Program-made: the position numbers and the translations under genes
The notes under the pieces: model-generated
What the model was told of the DNA's origin: nothing
Seen by the model: only the letters and a program-made list of their open reading frames with translations
Database searches by the model: none
Assembly (NCBI RefSeq): GCF_009914755.1
Contig: NC_060946.1
Length of the DNA: 64,000 nucleotides
Reading direction: 5' to 3' (one strand)
From: the human T2T-CHM13v2.0 reference genome, Homo sapiens
Shown here: positions 35,512-64,000 of the stretch, piece after piece
Layout: every line of letters starts with the position of its first letter
Numbering within the stretch: the first letter of the stretch is position 1

Positions 35512-35925
35512 TCAGAAATCTTCTCTTAAGGATTATTTTATTTCCTCCACGAATCAGCACCATAGCATGGACAGAAAGGTATCCTTAAAGCAAGCCTTCC
35601 CAACAGCTGAGCACAACACAACTCAGCAAAACCACCTAGCCATCAGTGCAATCTGCATTACAATCTGCATTCATCCATTTCTATGATCACTAAGCAATCA
35701 TACATAGCCTGGCACATTACATCATTATTAAACACTCCACACTAGGGCAAACTATTCTTCAACTGTTCCAATTGTTTAACTTTTGAAATGGAATGATTTT
35801 TGCTTCAGAAAAATTCTTTAACATCAATTCTATTGTTTAGATGCTTCTGAGATTTAGACTTTGGGATTAACAATCTCCAATATAATTAAAGTTGAGATTG
35901 TCATGGTAATAATTCCTTCAGTTAA

Positions 35926-39505
<3,580 letters not shown>

Positions 39506-40494
39506 AAAGAGAGCTGTTTCCCAAAGGAGTTTAGACTCATGCTAACTTTAACAATGAGCAAGGAGTTTGGAGCATGGGACAGGAAAGCTGTTCCATGAAT
39601 TCAGGGCAGCTTGACCAAGGTTAGAGAAATGACAATTATCAGTACAGAATGATAACCAGTAATTTTTAAAGTTCTGTTTGAAGAAAAACAGACTAATTCT
39701 GCTTGATGACCTATAAAAGTCTACATTAGTCATAATCAGATTTCATGAAGATGGTACACAGCTATAGACTAACTACAAGACCAAGAAGCAATTTGGTTCT
39801 AGCAACTAAATTAAGTCAGTCCACTCATTGCTCAGACTCTAACTGGAAAGGAAGAAAAAAAACAAAAACAATTTCTATAGCTATACCAGAATATGTGGAA
39901 ATGTTTTTGCTTCTTCTCATCTAAAAAGTTATGTACAGAGTCTGTTATTAAGCCTATGTTATTTTTCCACAGATAGCAGAGTACAAAGGCAAAAACCAAA
40001 GAAATGGTAGTTGAAACAGATTCTAAGAACAGCTTATCCAGCATTTGCTTTTATAAGTCAAATGTAAATTTCATATATAATCAACTGACATTTGTGTAAT
40101 TCCTCACAATGAGCAAGTACTTTATTTAGGCAATGTAAATACATATGGTAGATACTCAGTAACTATTTGAATGAATGAATGATCTCATGCATACTCAAGA
40201 GACCACTTCCAGGAGAAACCAAAAAAAATTAACTCTCTAAAATGACTGCAGTTAGGAAACGGCAAGAGAATGAAGGATGAACTATCTTCCTGCAATGGGG
40301 CTGCAAGAAGGTACGTTATTCAGCCACTCATTCATTCAACAGAAATGTGAGGACCTATTACAAGTCAGGCACTCTTACAGTACACACATGTGTGGCAGTG
40401 TAGATTAGCTGTTAAGAACTGGCTACCTCAATCAAATTTGGCACGCAAACGTTTTTTGTTTAGTCCACAGAGTATTGACCTGGAGAGTACTTTT

Positions 40495-44029
<3,535 letters not shown>

Positions 44030-44285
44030 TAAATTGTTCATCAACATTTTAAAATAAAGAAAATTCACAATTTAAAAATTCCAGACTTCTGGCTTCTTTT
44101 TGAAAAGAAATCAGAAGATCAGCAATTCAAAGTCTACACTCCTTCATGCCAACAATATACTAGAACTAACAAGTGGATACCTTAGAGCATGTACTCTTCA
44201 ATTTGCCACAGTTCCTACCACTCTTTATTAAAACCCATGATATACCCAATACCATTCATTTAAGGCACCTGCTTGGAGCCTACAG
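44030..44285. mobile_element. MER102-like hAT fragment (other part probably ~40430-40490, split by the L1)
   Basis: 'ccagacttctggcttctttt.gaaaa...tcagaagatc', 'catgtactcttcaatttgccacagttcctaccactc'. Confidence 0.55.
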
Positions 44286-44299
44286 AGAGCAAAAGGCTT

Positions 44300-50823
<6,524 letters not shown>

Positions 50824-51278
50824 GATGGCTTGGAAGAGGGTGATTATGGTGGAGATGATTAAGAAGTGATCAGATTATGGATATATCTTGAAGACAGAGC
50901 TAACAGTATTTGCTGATGAACTGGATTCTATAAAGTGAGAAAGAGAAGATGACTCCAAGATTCTTTCCTGAGTAACTAGAAGAGTTATCATTTTACTAAA
51001 CTAAGGGAAACTCAACATGTTCAGCAACATGTAAGCCAGCTGTGATCACAATGAAAACTGTTTTGGTAGAATTGGGGACTGGATACCAGATTAGAGAGAG
51101 TTAGAAAGTCCAGAGTACTATGTTCTTATAATTTACTTTGAATACCATTCTGTTCTCTTTCATTGTTATTCCTCTATTCATTGCCCTCCCCTTTACCCAG
51201 CTCCAATCTTTAATAGACCAAAGTTATGTAACACGGTGATTGATTCTCAAAGCAGGCCAAAATGTTCAGGATACTGTC

Positions 51279-51443
51279 TTTTTTTTTTATTATTATTATA
51301 CTTAAGTTTTAGGGTACATGTGCACATTGTGCAGGTTAGTTACATATGTATACATGTGCCATGCTGGTGCACTGCACCCACTAACTCGTCATCTAGCATT
51401 AGGTATATCTCCCAATGCTATCCCTCCCCCCTCCCCCAACCCC
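51279..51443 (-). mobile_element. 5'-truncated young L1 3' end (L1PA2-like)
   Basis: Near-consensus 'gttttagggtacatgtgcacattgtgcaggttagttac...cccactaactcgtcatctagcattagg'; GAG (not ACA/ACG) at the L1HS diagnostic site; TSD gatactgtc (51270-51278, 51444-51452). Confidence 0.93.
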
Positions 51444-51793
51444 GATACTGTCCTTTAAGCCAAGGGAGGACAGAATCAGGAAAGGGGTGTTCATTCATTT
51501 GACAAATATTTATTGAGCATCTACTATACTTCACGCCTGGCACTATTCTGGATGCTGAGAATAGGGCAGAGAAAAGACAGATATGCTCCCTGGCATCACA
51601 AAGCTTATAAGAAAAACATTTTAAAATTACATATTTAATTGTAACTGTGGTTAGTGCTACAAAGGATAATTTTTGAGTACTATGAAAATTAACATGTATT
51701 AAATACCTATTTTGGGTTAAATGCTTTACATTCAGGTAACTGAATTTACCTCTCACAACTATCTTATAAGTACATACAGCTTCAAAAAGATTC

Positions 51794-55962
<4,169 letters not shown>

Positions 55963-56971
55963 AAAATCCTGTTATCTAGAAGTTCCTCTAGAAGCTTCTC
56001 TTTGCTCATCTGCAAAATGCTGCTACTACCACTTATTTCAGAGTTCATATGAGGATTAATAAGGTAGCACAATGTCTACTATAAAGTAGATGCCCCTATT
56101 ACTTCCCTCTTTACATTTCTTCATAATCCTTATAACGACCTCATGTTGTAAGGATTATTAACTCTAGTTTACAGATGAAGAAGCTGAATCACAGGAAGGT
56201 TAAGGAGTAAGCCTACAGTCACATACCTGGTAACTGTCAGTACCCAGATCTGCTGTGCCCTAAAACTTGACATGGACATGTTACCTCACTGGATATTTTA
56301 CTCTGTCATATTATGAAGTTCAGAACTTTGTTTGAATTATGCCCATTATGCTTTAAATTTTAATACAAGAACAATTATTTTCAAAAACCAGAATCACCCA
56401 TAATTTCCACTCATAATTTTAGAGGACAAAGACCTGTAAATAGCCTACCTATCTAGAAATTCAGTAACAGAGGACACACTCCAGATCTCAAAATGAACTA
56501 GCCAAATTACTCATTACAAGCTCTCATTTACACAGAGAATGATTTCTAAATGCATATCAATAAGAATGAGTGGGGAGCAAATGAACCAAACATACCACAG
56601 AAGTAAAAATGTGGAAGTAAAAAAAAAAAAAGACATTTTCACAACGCTCTTTCTTCCAAGGATTCTACAGATCTTCTATTACTGCTATATGAGCCGGCCT
56701 TAAATACTGTGTGAGGAACTGGCCTGGGCTCAGCCCCTGGACTGTTGTGGAACTCAAATCATTTAATTTCACAGTGCCTCCTCCCACTAAACAATGAGAG
56801 AACTGGACTTGAGTCATGAACCACAGAACTGAAGGCAACTTGAGCAATTAGTTCCACCCAATGCACCCTGACAGGTCACCCAATTTCTGCTTTAACACCT
56901 GCAGTGACACAGAGTGTAATTATCTTCTCTCCTCATACATGTGATATGGATTCAGTATTTTTAAGAATTTT

Positions 56972-58938
<1,967 letters not shown>

Positions 58939-59889
58939 CTCTTTTAAGTACTGCTTCCAGCTAAACCCATTCTACAGACAGAGAGCCCAGTAAATTCAAA
59001 GATACAAGATGGTAAGAGACACCCTTAATGGCAACTTGTGCACCTCCTTGGGTCTTATTTTAACTGTGGAATTCACCTAAATAAAGCCACTGGTTCACTC
59101 TACTTTGTAAAATAAAAATTATCTAGATGTAGGTACTTGACATAGAAAAATTGATGGTGAAGCAGCAATGGTTAACATTTAAATGCCTCCTTCTGCATAC
59201 TCATATCAGTCTATATTCATTCATCTCTCTGACTCCAAACTAATTCACCCAGTCAGTTCTACGCTACTGCCCAAAACCAATGATGATCATAATAACCATG
59301 ATAATGACATGCATGTAAAGCTGTTCCAAGGACTTTATATATTTTTATTTAATCCTCACAGCAACAATATGAAGCAGGCCCCATTTTTATCCCCATTTTA
59401 CAGCTAGTGAGTCACAGAGAATATAAAGTAGCAAGAGTATCATAGTCACACAGTCCAAGTTCATACACACGGCCGGCAAGTAGAGCCAGGATTCCGATCT
59501 ATGCAGTATGACTCTAGTATTTATGTTAACTACTTATGCTGTGTAACTGCTCATCTATCACTAAGTTACTGTTTTCATCAATATAAAAAAAAATGACTCC
59601 ACCTTCACCATACACATAGATTTCAAATATTTTTCCTTATGTCAACACTGGCCTAAATTACTTAAAACATTTCATGTGAACCTAATTTAGTGTCTACCTC
59701 CACATATTAGCCTCCATGTGAAAGGTACATAGTAAACACACAATAAATATTTATAAATATCTGATAAAGGAATTAAATCTTTCCCATTCCTTCATTCCTC
59801 CAAAGGTAATCTTTCCTACTCTGAGTCCTCCCCTCTCCCCTACTTCAGAACTTCAGTACCTTCTTTTCAACATTTTCTACTTTACCCAC

Positions 59890-60849
<960 letters not shown>

Positions 60850-62058
60850 CCCGCTCTCCAAAACTCTAATTTCCTTGAGAGCGGAGACTATTTCCTTGAT
60901 TCTCAAAACTCTATTAAAGCCTTAGACATAAACAGCGCCCATATTTGCTGAATTGTGTCAGTGGGTCATTCTCTTTGTTCAATGTCCCCCTTCTTCCAAA
61001 ATGTATTCATTTATAAAAAACTACTCCCCAAGCCTATACCACTTCATCCATAACCCATCAATGTTTTCTCTTTTCTCTTTCAAAAACCTGAAATATAACC
61101 TCCTGACCAAAGCTTTTTCTCAGTAAAGAAATGTTTCTTATGTTTGTCAATTGCAACTATCAACCCTAGCATTTATGTGAATATATATACACACACAAGA
61201 ACACGGAGTAAATATATATTTGTTCATGTTCATCTTATATTCAAGAAATATTTACTGAGCACCTGCTATGTCCCAAGAACTGCCTTTGAAGCTGGGAAGA
61301 AAAACAAATATCCTCACCCCTGGGGAGCTTACAGTAGTATATGAGCTTGCCACAGTGTTTTCTCGAAATATAATACAACGATCTTTGTTAATACAACTTA
61401 AAAATTCTAAATTTCCCTTTGTAAATTAAATGGCTGTAAATCTACAAATCGTTTTTTAAATACACTTAAATAAGTATTTAAGCTGCACTCTCAAAGAAAG
61501 TTTATACCTGTTTAACAAAGTTAGTAAAGTGCTTCATATGGAATCTGTATATATCAATGTACTCCATTTTTACTGAATGTTCCCACAGGCCATACTTTTT
61601 AGGAAATATCACCAAATTTATAAGTATAAAATATATAAATAAAGATAGCCTTTATTTATTATATTGCCATATATAAAGCTTATAAAGATAAGCTTTATTT
61701 ATTATATCGCCTTAGTGACTAAATCAAATATGAAACATTTCACAGAAAGTAACTTGCAATAGATGTAGTAAAATGATAATAATGATAATATGGGTAGAAC
61801 TTTCTAACCTCTTTCATATTTACCTCTACAAAAGCATGTTAAAAGGAACCGTATACCATACTTTTAAGTCAGAGATTCAAGTCCTGGTTCTGTTAACTTC
61901 TGTATCCCTAAATGAGTTATTTAACTAGTTGCAGCCTATTTCCCTATCCTAAAGCAACACAATCAAAGCCTAGCTTTTATGTAGTGGGCATCAAGGAATG
62001 TTAGTTTCCTTCTCCCTTCCTGGGGCTTATAACTGGTATATCAGAAGATTTATCAGGA

Positions 62059-62680
62059 TTTTTTTTTTTTTTTGAGACAGGGTCTCACCGCACATTCAGG
62101 ATGGAGGGCAGTGTGAACATAGCTTACTGCCACCTCAAACTCCTGGGCTCAAGGGATCCTCCAGCCTCAGCCTCCTGAGTAGCTGGGACTACAGGTGCAA
62201 GCCACCACGTCTGCTAATTCTTTAACTTTTTTGTGGAGACAAGCTATCATTATGTTGCCCAAGCGGGTCTCAACTCGAACTCCTGGCCTCAAGTGATCCT
62301 CCTGCCTTGGCCTCCCGAAGTGCTAGGATTACAGGCGTAAGCCACTGTGCCCCGCCTATCAGGAAAACTTTCCAAGCTGTTATTTCTCTTTGGAATTTCC
62401 TCTCCTTCATCTGAGTTAACATTCAGCTCAAATGCCATTTTCTTTGAAGCCTTCCCATACATCCACAGGAAAAGCTCCCTTGACTCTCCCAGTGAAGTCT
62501 GGATTTAGAGTGTATTTCAGCGCGTTACAATCATCTGTCATTTTTTGCCTCTCCCACTAGACTGTGAGCTCCTCATGAGCAGGGACCATATCTCACTTAT
62601 CTTGACAGCCCCAGCCCTTAGAAAAACACCTGGCACGTTACAAACATGGAACAAAAAGTCTGTTGAATGAATAAATGAAG
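62059..62680. mobile_element. AluJ (-) 62059-62356 and L2 3' end (+) ~62380-62680
   Basis: Alu TSD tatcagga; L2 'cccactagactgtgagctcc.catgagcagggacca...tgttgaatgaataaatgaa'. Confidence 0.85.
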
Positions 62681-63649
62681 TCATCCCTTAAGTAGTACTT
62701 GTAATTACTAACGGGTGACCCAAACTTTATGGTTTTGCCCTTTATAGGCTGAGATTCTATTTCATACTCTTTTTAATCACTCCCTAATAGCATCTGGCAG
62801 AGTACTAAGGACATGGAAACTCTCCAATAAATACTTTTGGGTGATGGGATACATATTACTCTTCCACCTCTCTTGATTTGACTCTAAATAACTTATTCAA
62901 GTGGATGTGACTTTTGGAAGCCTTCTTAAAAACGGGCTCTTCTTAATAGTTATTGGCCAAAAACTGAAACAAACACTAGAGCTAAACTACAGATATTTTT
63001 TTCTTTGCAGGTGTTTTTAAAGAACGCAGTAATGGATTGCTTCTTTCTAAATCATTTCAATAAGAAACAGTAACATAAAGCCCTTTGGTTCGCTATGAAA
63101 AATGCAAACGACATTAAGCAAAACTTAGTTTAATAACTTCCAGCCAAAGGTTCCCCACCCTGCAGTCATAGGGCTGTGGGCCAGCTGGCTGTACCACCTC
63201 ACCCCCGGGAGATGACTGCTTTTCAACAGTAAAACTGCGTAAGTGACATTTGGAGTTTTGGGGGTCTTCTGAAGTAAAACATGTAGGTCTAACTTCTTAC
63301 TGACAATAAGTCTTAACGTTACAGGCTTCGGCTTGATGTAGAAAGGACCCTGAAAAGATCTCAAAAACTTGCAACTCGGGGACATTCCAGACGTCTTATG
63401 AGTTTAAAACTATGTAAAAACATACGAAGCATGGGGTAATTCCATTATTATATTTAAGTGATGTATTCCACATTCCTGTATATACACACACTTCATGCCA
63501 AACAGAGGCTGGCAAGCAAGTTAACCATTCAACTGCCCTTTCGTTATGCTGCATAACAGGGAGACAACAGAGAGAAATCTTGACAATGCCAAGCTGGGCT
63601 AGTGCTTAAAGGCACACAGGCAAACCAGGCATTCTCAACATCCCAAAAG

Positions 63650-63820
63650 CAAACATTTCTTGGGCCCTTACTATGGGCCAAGCACTGTGTCAAACGCTTC
63701 ACGTGAATTATTTCATTCGACACTTACAACAAACAGCCGTATGCGATTGGTGCTATTATCCTCATTTTTCAGACGAGGAAACCAAGGCACAAGATTACAC
63801 AGCTAGCAAGTGGCAGGTTT
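63650..63820 (-). mobile_element. MIR
   Basis: 'ctattatcctcatttttcagacgaggaaaccaaggcac...acacagctagcaagtggcag'. Confidence 0.8.
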
Positions 63821-64000
63821 GGGAGTCGACTCAAAAGGTCCAGCCCTAGGCACTATGGAGTATCAAAGGTACCCGAAGCGGGGAGGGTGGACTGCATCAG
63901 CGTCCTGACAGACGCTTTCTTAGGAGGTAAAGTTCTTGGCCATCAAGTTTCAGATTTGCAGAGCCCTGTACACCTGGCAGCATTCAGGTTTGCTATACTG

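Noticed and set aside
63011-63238. Plus-strand acceptor/donor pair (ttttctttgcag|...tgc|gtaagt)
   Set aside because: Opposite to the inferred host direction, no ORF support, isolated

Overview
Primate (human-like) genomic DNA, extremely Alu-dense (about 80 Alu/FLAM/FAM pieces) with older L1M, L2, MIR, DNA-transposon and LTR remnants. No intact protein-coding gene is visible, and almost all track ORFs are Alu-derived or chance. The one gene-derived feature is a disabled, intronless RPL4 processed pseudogene (minus strand, ~14580-15980) whose short poly-Ala tract has expanded to a 24-codon Ala/Pro repeat. A/C-rich plus-strand unique sequence, minus-strand splice-site pairs and rising CpG density in the last ~1 kb suggest a long 5' intron of a minus-strand gene (inference; host not identified). 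The most unusual observations: (i) two Alus each interrupted by a 130-170 bp copy of nearby unique DNA, one direct and one inverted, resembling templated double-strand-break repair scars; (ii) a ~3.8 kb LTR element with an MLT2-type left end and an MLT1-type right end inside one 5-bp TSD; (iii) the pseudogene repeat expansion. I see no convincing new biological system beyond these. Repeat subfamily calls are from memory of consensus sequences, and repeat boundaries without a cited TSD are approximate.
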